A stretch of DNA of 64,000 nt from Centroscyllium fabricii (lineage: Eukaryota): contig JBNRSN020000016.1 of the NCBI GenBank assembly GCA_051313645.2, forward strand, positions 69,688,001 to 69,752,000, in the 5' to 3' direction. The translations under genes and the position numbers were made by a program. How positions within the stretch are numbered: the first letter of the stretch is position 1; each line of letters starts with the position of its first letter. Shown here one piece after another: positions 12,075-22,300 of the stretch. The notes under the pieces are model-generated. The model worked only from the letters and a program-made list of their open reading frames with translations, made no database searches and was not told the origin of the DNA.

Positions 12075-12320
12075 ACCAGTCTGAACCCTACAAAAGGCCT
12101 CAGCACACCAGGATTTGGGAAGGGAAAATCTGCCAGGATTCTTGTTTCCAATTGCTATTAAGTGACCCCTACTGGAGGTTTATGGGTGTCGATGTTAGTT
12201 GAAGACTGAGTTGAATTCGGCTGTAGTGACCACTATGATTAATAGCCTGCTGGCAGTCACTGAATAATGGTTACTTGGACGAGGTACCAGAGAGCGAATG
12301 GCACCTTTGGAACCCTACTT
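12075..12320 (+). mobile_element. Body and 3' part of an old SINE
   Basis: AATGGTTACTTGGACGAGGTACCAGA..GGCACCTTTGGAACC resembles the reverse complement of 29538-29600. Confidence 0.4.
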
Positions 12321-12380
12321 CAGCATGGACTCAATGCCTTCAAGAGAGCAGAAGCAGGAGAAAAAATGAATTGATTCAAA

Positions 12381-13750
12381 GAGCTAACGTAGTACTATTA
12401 TTCAAGAAGGGTAGTAGGGATAAACCAAGGAATTACAGGCCAGTGAGCCTAACATCAGTGGTAGGGAAATTACTGGAAAAAATTCTGAGGGACAGAATTA
12501 GTCTCCACTTGGAGAGGCATGGATTAATCAAGGATAGTCAGCATGGCTTTGTCAAGGGGAGATCATGTCTGACCAATTTGATTGAATTTTTCGAGGGGGT
12601 GACTAGGTGTGTGGATGAGGGTACTGCAGTGGATGTGGTATACATGGATTTCAGTAAGGCTTTTGATAAAGTCCCGCATAGGAGACTGGTCAAGAAGGTA
12701 AGAGCCCATGGGATCCAGGGCACCTTGGCATATTGGATCCAAAACTGGCTTAGTGGCAGAAGGCAGAGGGTGATGGTCAAAGGTTGTTTTTGTGACTGGA
12801 AGCCTGTGTCCAGTGGGGTGGGTACCACAGGGATCGGTGCTGGGTCCCTTGCTGTTTGTAGTCTACATTAATGATTTGGATATGAATGTAAAAGGTATGA
12901 TCAGTAAGTTCACAGATGACACAAAAATTGGTGGGGTGGTAAATAACAAGGAAGGAAGCCTCAGTCTGCAGGACGATATAGATGGGTTTGTCAGATGGGC
13001 GGAACAGTGGCAAATGGAATTTAACCCATAAAAGTGTGAGGTGATGCATTTTGGAAGGACTAACAAGGCAAGGGAATATACAATGAATGGTAAGACCCTA
13101 GGAAAGACAAAGGATCAGAGGGACCTTGGTGTGCATGTGCATAGATCCCCGAAGGCAGCAGGACAGGTGGATAAGGTGGTTAAGAAGGCATATGGGATAC
13201 TTGCCTTCATTAGCCGAGGCATAGAATATAAGAGCAGGGAGGTTATGATGGAGCTGTACAAAACGCTGGTAAGGCCACAGCTGGAGTACTGTGTGCAGTT
13301 CTGGTCACCACACTATAGGAAGGATGTGATTGCGTTGGAGAGGGTGCAGAGGAGATTCACCAGGATGTTACCTGGGCTGGAGTGCTTCAGCTATGAAGAG
13401 AGAGTGGACAGGCTGGGGTTGTTTTCCTTGGTTCAGAGACGGCTGAGGGGGGACCTGATTGAGGTGTACAAAATTATGAGGGGCATAGATAGGTTCGATA
13501 GAAAGGAACTTTTTCCCTTAGTAGAGGGGTCAATAACAAGGGGCATAGTTTCAAGGTAAGGGGCAGGAGGTTTAGAGGGGATTTGAGGAAGAACTTTTTC
13601 ACCCAGAGGGTGGTTGGAATCTGGAACTCATGCCTGAAAGGGTGGTAGAGGCAGGAATCCTCACAACATTCAAGAAGCATTTAGATGAGCACTTGAAATG
13701 CCACAGCATACAAGGCTACGGACCAAATGCAGGAAAATGGGATTAGAATA
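12381..13750 (+). pseudogene. CR1 ORF2 reverse transcriptase, partial, with frameshifts and stops
   Basis: ORFs 12275-12871, 12792-13031 and 13041-13559 carry consecutive CR1 RT and C-terminal motifs. Confidence 0.9.
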
Positions 13751-13823
13751 GACAGGGCTTGATGGCTGGCGCAGACGCGATGGACCTAAGGGCCTCTTTC
13801 TGTGCTGTATAATTCTGACTCTA

Positions 13824-14098
13824 TGACGTATCGTCAATATCTCTTAATAAAAGACTGGACGAGTAGTTACCGTAACTATAGGCTTTTAATAACTTACTTT
13901 GGAGCTACCCTCTGAACGAACATCAGAACAGAATGAGGGAGCCTCGGTCAGTCCTCACCTATAAAGGCCTCACCTGGGGGAGGAGTTAGAGGTGTGGCTG
14001 ACCTGGCTCCACGACAGTGTTACAGGCTGTGTATCACACACAGCCAATTGTTGGCAACAATAATTCACTGGTACATATACATATTATGGGTTACCACA
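13824..14098 (-). repeat. 3' LTR of Gypsy-3
   Basis: Direct repeat of 18370-18644. Confidence 0.96.
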
Positions 14099-17000
14099 TT
14101 CACCCCTTCTTGAAAATTTTAAGTCCGGGGGGGGTGAATGGACCAAGCAGTTCAATATCAGTTTGTCCGGCGGTCGCGTCAGCCTGGAGGACCACCGGAG
14201 TTCAGGTGATGGTTCTTCGTGGTCCGTGCTGCTCGAGTCCGTTGGTGGTGACAGCGGCTCTGGTGCCATAGTTTCGGATGGTGATGGTCTCAGATGGTCC
14301 GAGCTATCGGAGTGGTGGTCTTGGGCTGGCCACGGCTGGGGCTCTGGAAACCTCGGAGGCCATCGTAGGTGTAGGGGGTGTTCTGGATACTGTGGCTGGG
14401 CGGGCTGGTGGCCGACCAGGGGCTCTGCTGCGGTGCTTCCTGCGGGCGCCAGGTCCCTAATTGAAACGGTGTCCTCACGCCCGTCCGGGAACTGTACAAA
14501 CGCGTATTGCGGGTTCGCATGCAGGAGCTGCACCTTGTCCACCAGGGGGTCGGTCTTGTGGCCTCGGACGTGTCTCCTAAGGAAGACCGGCCCCGGTGTC
14601 GTGAGCTATGGAGGAAGAGCTGTCCCCGAAGTCGACTTCCTGGGAAAAGCAAAAATCAAATCATGAGGGGTGGCGTTAGTGGCCGTACACAGGAGAGAGC
14701 GTATAGAATGCAGCGCGTCTGGGAGGACTGCCTGCCAATGGGCCACTGGAAGGCCTCTGGACTTCAGAGCCAGGGTGACCGCCTTCCAGATGATCCCATT
14801 CTCCCTTTCTACCTGGCTGTTCCCCCGGGGGTTGTAACTGGTCGTTCTGCTCGTGACAACCCCTTTCTGGAGCAGAAACTGACGCAGTTCATCGCTCATG
14901 AACGATGACCCCCGGTTGCTATGGATGTAGCTGGGGAGACCGAAAATGGCGAACAGCGTGGTGAAGTGTTTTATCACCGTTGCGCTCGTCATATCTGCGC
15001 AGGGGAAGGCGAAGGGGAAGCGGGAGAACTCATCTACGACCGTGAGGAAGTATGAGTTGCGGTCGGTGGTGGGGAGGGGCCCTTTGAAGTCCACGCTGAG
15101 ACGTTCAAAGGGGCGGGTGGCCTTGATGAGGTGCACCGTGTCTGGCCGGAAAAATTGGGGTTTGCACTCGGCGCAAACAGGGCACTCTCGGGTCATAGCC
15201 TTGATCTCCGTGATGGAGTAGGGGAGGCTACGGGATCTGACGAAGTGGGCGAGTCTGGTGACACCCGGGTGGCAAAGGCGGTCGTGGAGGTCCTTCAGCC
15301 GGTCTAGCTGGGCACTGGCGCACGTTCCCCTGGACAGTGCATCCGGGGGTTCATTCAGTTTACCTGGTCGGTAAAGAATGTCGTACTCGTAAGTCGAGAG
15401 TTCAATCTGCCACCGCAGGATCTTATCATTCTTGATCTTACCCTTCTGTTTATTATTAAACATAAACGCCACCAACCGTTGGTCGGTGAGAAGGGTAAAA
15501 CGCTTACCGACCAGGTAATGACGCCAGTAGCGCACGGCCTCCACGATGGCCTGGGCCTCCTTTTCCACTGCAGAGTGGCGAGTTTCGGGTCCCTGTAGGG
15601 TGCGGGAGAAAAACGCTACGGGCCTGCCTGCCTGATTCAGGGTGGCAGCAAGGGCGAAGTCTGAAGCGTCGCTCTCCACCTGGAAGGGGATGGATTCATC
15701 AACAGCGAGCATGGTCGCCTTGATGATGTCTTCCTTTATCCGGGCGAATGCCGTTTGGGCTTCTACCGAAAGGGGGAAAACGGCAGCCTTGAGGAGTAGT
15801 CTAGCCTTGTCCGCGAACTGTGGGACCCATTGTGCGTAATAGGAGAAAAATCCTAGGCATCTCCTCAAAGCTTTAGGGTTGTGAGGTAGGGGCAGTTCTT
15901 GAAGGGGTCGCATACGCTGTGGGTCGGGGCCGAGGACCCCGTTTTCCACCACGTGTCCGAGGATGGCGAGCCGGTCTGTATTAAAGACACATTTGTCTTT
16001 GTTATACGTGAGGTCCAGCTTATCCGCCGTGTCGAGGAATTTGGCCAGATTGGCATCGTGGTCCTGCTGGTCGTGGCCGCAGATGGTCACGTTGTCCAGG
16101 TAAGGGAAAGTGGCCTGCAACTCGTTCTGGTCAACCATGCGGTCCATCTCCCTTTGGAACACTGACACTCCGTTGGTCACGCCGAAGGGGACCCGGAGGA
16201 AGTGGTAGAGCCGACCGTTCGCCTCGAAGGCGGTGATGGGGCGGTCGGTTTTCCGGATCGGGAGTTGGTGATACGCCGACTTAAGGTCGATCGTGGAGAA
16301 CACCTTATATTGGGCGATCTGGTTGACCATTTCCGAGATGCGGGGGAGGGGGTAGGCGTCGAGCCCGGTGTAGCGGTTGATAGTCTGGCTGTAATCGATC
16401 ACCAGCCGCTGTTTCTCGCCAGACATCACCACTACTACCTGGGCCCGCCAGGGGCTGGTGCTGGCTTCAATTATCCCCTCCTTCAGCATACGCCTGACCT
16501 CCGACCTGATAAACGTGCGATCCCCCACACTGTACCGCCGACTCTTGGTAGCAATAGGTTTGCACTTGGGGTCGAGGTTGGCGAACAGTGAGGGGGGGTC
16601 GATTTTCAGGGTGGAGAGGCCGCAGGCCGGGCTCCGCTTTGGGAAGGGACTGTCCCGGCTACTGACGGTGAGGGGGGGCAAGGTCCCGCCGAACTCCATT
16701 GTCACGCTCTTGAGATGGCACTGGAAATCCAGACCTAGTAAGGCTGGGGCACACAACTGCTGGAGGGTGTACAATTTAAAATTACGGTACACGCACCCCT
16801 TGACTGTGAGCGTGACGGAGCAGTAGCCGGTGACGTCCGCGGTGTGGAACTTTGAAGCAATGGTAGTTCGTGGGCAGGATCTGCAGTCCGCAGCACTGCA
16901 CTGTATCGGGGTGCACAAAGCTCTCCGTGCTTCCAGTGTCAAATCGGCAATCGATAATATGGCCGTTGATTTTAATAGGCATTATCGAATTCGACAGAGT

Positions 17001-18343
17001 GTGTGGCCTGTCCTGGTCCACTCTGGGTATGGCTGAAGCCGACGTGTACTTTTGTGTGTGGGGGCCCCCTGCTGGTTGGGGCTGTACACAAAATGGCGCG
17101 CCCCTGGCTCGCACATGGTGGGGCCTTGGAGACAAAATGGCGGCGCCCCTGGCTCGCACATGGTGGGCCGCTGGGGACAGAATGGCGGCGCCGAGGGGTC
17201 GCACACGGTGGGCCGCTGGGGTCGAGATGGCGGCGCCCGTGGTTCGCACGCGGCTGACCGCTGTGAGCGCGCTGGCGGCGCCCATGGTTCGCACGCAGCT
17301 GGCTGCGGTGACTGGGTTGGCGGCGCCCGTGGTTCGCACGCAGCGGGCCGCGGTGGTCGGGTTGGCGGTGCCCATGATTCGCACGCAGCCGGCCGCGTTG
17401 GGTCTGCTGCTGGCGTTGGGGGGTCGCGCTTTGCCGGCCTTTGCCGCATCGGGGTGGGAGCTGGGGGCGCTTCCCTTTTACCCCCGGGCCGTCGCTGGAT
17501 CGTGCTGCTATTGCAGCTTACCTGAGGTCTGTCGGAGCTTTCACAGGCTGCGCTGTTGTACCTGGAGTTGGGCGCTGCTGGTGCTGATCTGCAAGCCTTT
17601 GCATAATGTCCCTTTTTGGCGCACCTCTCGCAGGTCGCGGTCCTTGCTGGGCATCTCGCTCGCGGGTGCAGTCCCTGGCCGCAGAAATAGCAGCGTTTGT
17701 CCTTTGTGGCTGTCGCAGCCATCATGGGGGTCTCGACCCGTTGTGGTGCTGCCCAGGCCTGGGCCCGTTGTGGCGCGGCCCACATGTCGTAGGCCTGCGG
17801 GTTTGTGCCGCTGTACGCCTGCAATTTATTGCGTGCTCCTTCAACGGAGTTAGCTATGGCGATAGCCTCTTCCAGAGACAAAGAGTCTTTTTCGAGCAGC
17901 CGCTGGCGGGCTTCCACGCACCTCAGGCCGGTTACGTACGCGTCTCGGACGAGGAGGTTCGCCTCCTCTTCTGCTGTCCGGGCTTGGCAGCCACAGACCC
18001 GTACCAGGGCCTGGAGCGCTTGCTCAAACTGTTCATTGGTCTCACCCGGTAGTTGTGGTCTGGTCGCGAGCACATGTCTGGCGTAGACCGAATGGACCGG
18101 GCGCTCGTAGCATTTCCTCAGCTTTTCCACTGCCCCTGGGTAGGTTTTGGCGTCTCGGATGAGGGAGAATACTCGGCTGGAGATCCTAGACCGGAGAACC
18201 TGTAGCTTGTTCCCGTCGGTTGTAGCCTTGGCGGCGTCCATATAGGCCTCCAGGAGACCGAACCAGTGTTCGAACGTGGTGGCGGCGGCTGGGTCCTGTG
18301 GACTGATATCCAGCTTTTCTGGCTTTACTGCACCGCTCTCCAT
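14084..18343 (-). pseudogene. gag-pol of Gypsy-3 (frameshifts near 17100 and 16865, TAG at 14606)
   Basis: Gag 18343-16982 with CYFCG..HPR..CPA..CERC..GHYAKAC. Protease FDTGS in 16782-17384. RT (PWRAQV, YLDN), RNase H (SDASD) and integrase (HDRLCH..CPVC, SVDFKG, QVERE) in 14606-16942. C-terminus in 14084-14542. Confidence 0.93.
17089..17400 (-). repeat. 45-bp (15-aa) tandem repeat, about 7 copies, in the gag-protease linker
   Basis: TCGCAC recurs at 17109, 17154, 17199, 17244, 17289, 17334 and 17379; encodes PAACEPRAPPxxPxR-type units. Confidence 0.92.
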
Positions 18344-18369
18344 TTCAAAAAATTTTAAGTTATTAAAAT

Positions 18370-18644
18370 TGACGTATCGTCAATATCTCTTAATAAAAGA
18401 CTGGATGAGTAGTTACCGTAACTATAGGCTTTTAATAACGTACTTTGGAGCTACCCTCCGATCGAACATCAGAACAGAATGAGGGAGCCTCGGTCAGTCC
18501 TCACCTATAAAGGCCTCACCTGGGGGAGGAGTTAGAGGTGTGGCTGACCTGGCTCCACGACAGTGTTACAGGCTGTGTATCACACACAGCCAATTGTTGG
18601 CAACAATAATTCAGTGGTACATATACATATTATGGGTTACCACA
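18370..18644 (-). repeat. 5' LTR of Gypsy-3
   Basis: Direct repeat of 13824-14098; only 26 nt separate it from the gag ATG at 18343. Confidence 0.96.
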
Positions 18645-18671
18645 CTCTACGACTATGATTCAAAAGACTAC

Positions 18672-19372
18672 GGGCTAGAAATTGCGTACCTTAGTGCCTC
18701 CTGTTAGTGCCTCCAGGGGGCGCTAACAGGGTACAAACAACTTTTTGCCTGGGCGCGGTGGTGCTAACAACTCCTGCTAAATTCAGCAGGCGTTTAGCGG
18801 CGGCGATAACCGGTAGCGCCCCACTTCGCAGGCGATCATGATGTCATCACCGTGCGCAGCGCCCCGTTTTCGCTCTGCCTGCAAAATTGGCCCATGCCCC
18901 CTGAATCTGCACCGGGCGATGACAGCAACCGATTCAGGGGGTGGGAACGGAGGCTCGCTAATTAAAGGGGAGGTGGCAGGCGGGGGAAAAAAAATTGTCC
19001 GACTTACTTGTCGCGGCCCATTGCGTCTTTGAACGTGGGGTCCATGACGCGATCTGGCAGCCCGGCACTCCTCTTGTGCGCTGGCTGCTGGTACGGCACT
19101 CCACTCCCCAGTGGTCCAGGTAAGGCTCCGCAGAGTTGTGGGCTTGGGCCCTCCCCTTTAATGAGGGGAGGAGCCCTACCATGCGGCATGTGCTACGTGG
19201 CTCAGTGGGTAGCACTGCAGAACGCACCGCCCCGATATTCAGGGTTAGCGCTCCAAGAAAAAAGTGGAGCACTTGAATTAGCGTTCCACCTCCCTCTTGG
19301 GCTGATAAAACCTAGGTTCGGGCCCAGGCGATGTTAGCACCCCAAAATGGTTGATGCTGAATTTTTCCCCCC
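18672..19372. mobile_element. Non-autonomous DNA transposon (MITE), PIF/Harbinger-like
   Basis: Imperfect TIRs GGGCTAGAAATT and AATTTTTCCCCCC, GC-rich body, repeated TAGCGC/GCGCTA motifs shared with 54319-55121. Confidence 0.6.
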
Positions 19373-22300
19373 AACATGCTTAAAATTAACGTAACTGGTT
19401 AAGTAAAAGTTAAAGAAGATTGGGTCTATTAAATTGTTCTTTATGTACAATTAAGAATTATTCTTTATAACAACTGTAGACATTTTATTCTGATATTACC
19501 TCCATCTAGCTGACATTCTTTTGTTCTGTTGGTCAATTTGTATATTTATAAGTACAGGGTAGTACTGTGCTTTGGTATGTATTACCAATGCATCGGTGGC
19601 CCACACAGTATAAATTACAAGGTGCAATACCCCACGTTGCATTTAGTCCACTATAAACCTATTCACACTCCTGCCAATTTTTATCTCATTTTGGTTTAAC
19701 TTTATACATTAGAGTTTAATTTTACACCTAGTGTGGGAGACAGTGATGTATGGGTTACATCAAGCTTTACTGAAATTATACTGTCCCTGGAGAGTTGAGA
19801 CCTGGGGAGTGTCTAGTCCTGCAGTAGGGTGGGTGAGAGGAGGTCGGTACTTGCCCTCTGAACCTTGGCATCCTGCCCTACACACAAAAAAACCCTCAGC
19901 TTGAACACCATTTATTGATTTTTTTTTTATAGTTTTAAATCTTGTTCAAATTATCTCAGGCAGTGACCTTCACCAGGTGAAACTCAACTATTTCATGAAA
20001 TTAAAGAAAGGGATGGAAGAAAAGACAAAGGAAGCAAATTCAATGTAGGGCCATTAATAAAATCAAACATGTAACAGCAGGCATCACTATTATGTCCAGC
20101 AATCTTTTATCTGCACAACTAAACTGAAGAGTATTTGTATTTTTTTATTTCTGTTTTAAGTGGTTAATCTCATGAATGGTTGCTTTATATACCTTCGCAG
20201 CCCCTGCAGCAGAATGAATAATGGCTACCTCTCACCAGCATTCTCAATTTGAAATTGTGCTGGTATCATGCTCTCTTTTACAGTCTGCTAAGAACAAGTG
20301 TCCCGTGAAAATGCTATGTGGATCTGGCAAAGTATGTGCTACTACAGTATTACCATGTGAACTCCCACTGATCACAGCTTTGAACTATCTATCCAATTAT
20401 TTACTACAGCCCTTGTTTTAACCAGTAGAGTAATCCCACAGAAATAGAGCCACAATAGACATCAAGATGGGCTTGGCAGTTGTGTCTCACAGGAGTCTAA
20501 GTCTCAAACTGCTATTATCAAATGACCTGCCTGTCCCCAGGACAGTGCAACTGACCCCATACTATGCACAGTAGTCTGTAGAAAACTTCCCTTGAGAACA
20601 CGAAGTTCCTGAAAACCACTGCAATGATTAACCCTTATTCACAGTAGTTGTTGCACCAAATCAAGTTAAGATAACCTGATATTATATTTTCACACTGCTT
20701 TGGAAATATAATTCCTTGTAAATGTCTTCATTTTCTTCAATAATTTGTTGTACAGATGATGCATTTTCTGCTTTACTTTCATGGTTGTTTCAATTATGCA
20801 TTATTTTTGCAATTTGTATTATACATTTCAAAACAAAGTTAAAATATGCCATGCAGCTCCATACACAACAGTGATATTCTATTTTTCTCCCGTAAATAAG
20901 ATTGCCTTTTCTTTCAAGCTTAACAGCCAAGTCTGCAAAAGAATGATTTCAGTATTTCTTACTACTTGGAGCTTTTCAAGATAAATTTAGTAGTAATGGT
21001 ACAGCAGTATATTACTGCACATGTGATTTCTTGGCCAGTGTTGGGTCGTTTAAGGAACTGGTATTTTACTAAAGGCTGACCCTGGGAGTGTAACAGATGA
21101 ACCCATTATGTGAAGGCGTTAAATGGTACTTGAAATGTGCCTGGTTTTCAGGTGCACATAGTGCCTTTATAAGTTCCTGTGACAGGTTGTGTAATTTAAA
21201 GAGGAAATACATAGTACAAATTTCTTTGACACCACAGGTATCCCCTCAGAACGCATTACAGTCAGGAGTGACAACTTCCCTGAGCTAGAAATAGAGTGAG
21301 GAGTTCTGCCGACAAATCTGCTCTGAGCTCTCAGTCTGTGCCATACAACACTGCAAGCACACAATGTGGCTTCTGTCACAGACCTGTCATTTTGCCTCTA
21401 ATTATATTTGGCACACTTCTATATAAAGAAATAGAAATTGTCATAGTACCAAACTCACAGTAATTTTTTTTTACAAAAATGGTCTTCAGAATGGGCACAA
21501 TAGTATGTGACAAATAAATGTTAAAACATCGTATTGTCCCTCATATGGGGTCAATATATTAATTATGACGGGCCATTCAATATCAACCCAGTGTAAGGAA
21601 ATAATATCAGATCAGTATTTGGATACCTGCAACGCGCGATTCTGTTTGTCCGAAATATGCATCCCCTGAGCAAGAAGCTTGAACGCAGTAAAGCAGTGCA
21701 ATGGGTGAGCAGCATGAACCTCTATTAGATTATCAGGACTCGGACATACACCACTGAGTCAATGGGGGATGGCTACACAACCACCACCAGGCTGCCAAAG
21801 ACTAAAACAGAATCCTCATCGCCACCTAGATCATCAAGGAAAAATTGATGCACATCAACTAATTGCTTTAACAAGAGGCTCAAACGCATAAACCATCATT
21901 AAGTAAAAACAAATAAAAATAAGTCTACCCCTGCAGTCATTCCCACCACTAACACATGCCACAATAAATAAAAGGCCATCAAATATATGCCAAATTATAT
22001 GTTGCTCCTTCTCTCTATTTTAAAGGGACAAGCTCATCCCAAGCCAAACCGGGAACCATACAAATTTTTCAAATAAATCCAACCTGTCTCATTTCAGATC
22101 AGTTTCAGACTGCCTCTTCAGATTTTCTGCTTATTTCCAGTATTAAATGTCTGACTTTTATTCGGGGGGTTCATTACCATCATCAATTAGGGCTAATGTC
22201 AGACAATAAAAGTAATCACACCCTGACCATTAATACTGGCAGAAAGGCAGCACATGATTTTCCACAATACCATTTGTTGTTCAGAAAATGCTTCTTCTGC

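Larger units (their letters stand above)
13824..18644 (-). mobile_element. Full-length Ty3/Gypsy LTR retrotransposon (Gypsy-3), lightly decayed, with no tRNA PBS
   Basis: 275-bp LTRs at 13824-14098 and 18370-18644 (about 5 differences; sense TGTGG...CGTCA). TSD CTCTA at 13819-13823 and 18645-18649. PPT AAGAAGGGGTGAA on the minus strand at 14099-14111. Confidence 0.97.
12381..18655 (+). mobile_element. 5'-truncated CR1 LINE (shark HER1-like); its 3' tail is interrupted by Gypsy-3
   Basis: ORF2 motifs NYRPVSLTS, QHGF, DFSKAFDKV, VPQGSVLGP, KFTDDTK and RPQLEYCVQFWSP. The 3' UTR ends in (GACTCTAT)-type repeats on both sides of Gypsy-3. Candidate TSD TGATTCAAA at 12372-12380 and 18656-18664. Confidence 0.92.

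Noticed and set aside
17085-17105. Programmed gag-pol frameshift in Gypsy-3
   Set aside because: The neighbouring repeat unit shows a single base was lost (GGCGCGCC versus GGCGGCGCC); restoring it fuses gag to protease, so this is decay.
17089-17400. Regular repeat-and-variable pattern resembling a CRISPR array
   Set aside because: The variable parts are related to each other, the period is a multiple of three inside gag, there are no cas genes and the DNA is eukaryotic.
16870-17853. 327-aa antisense ORF in Gypsy-3
   Set aside because: Explained by the GC-rich 45-bp repeat; it has no ATG start at the listed position and no domain.
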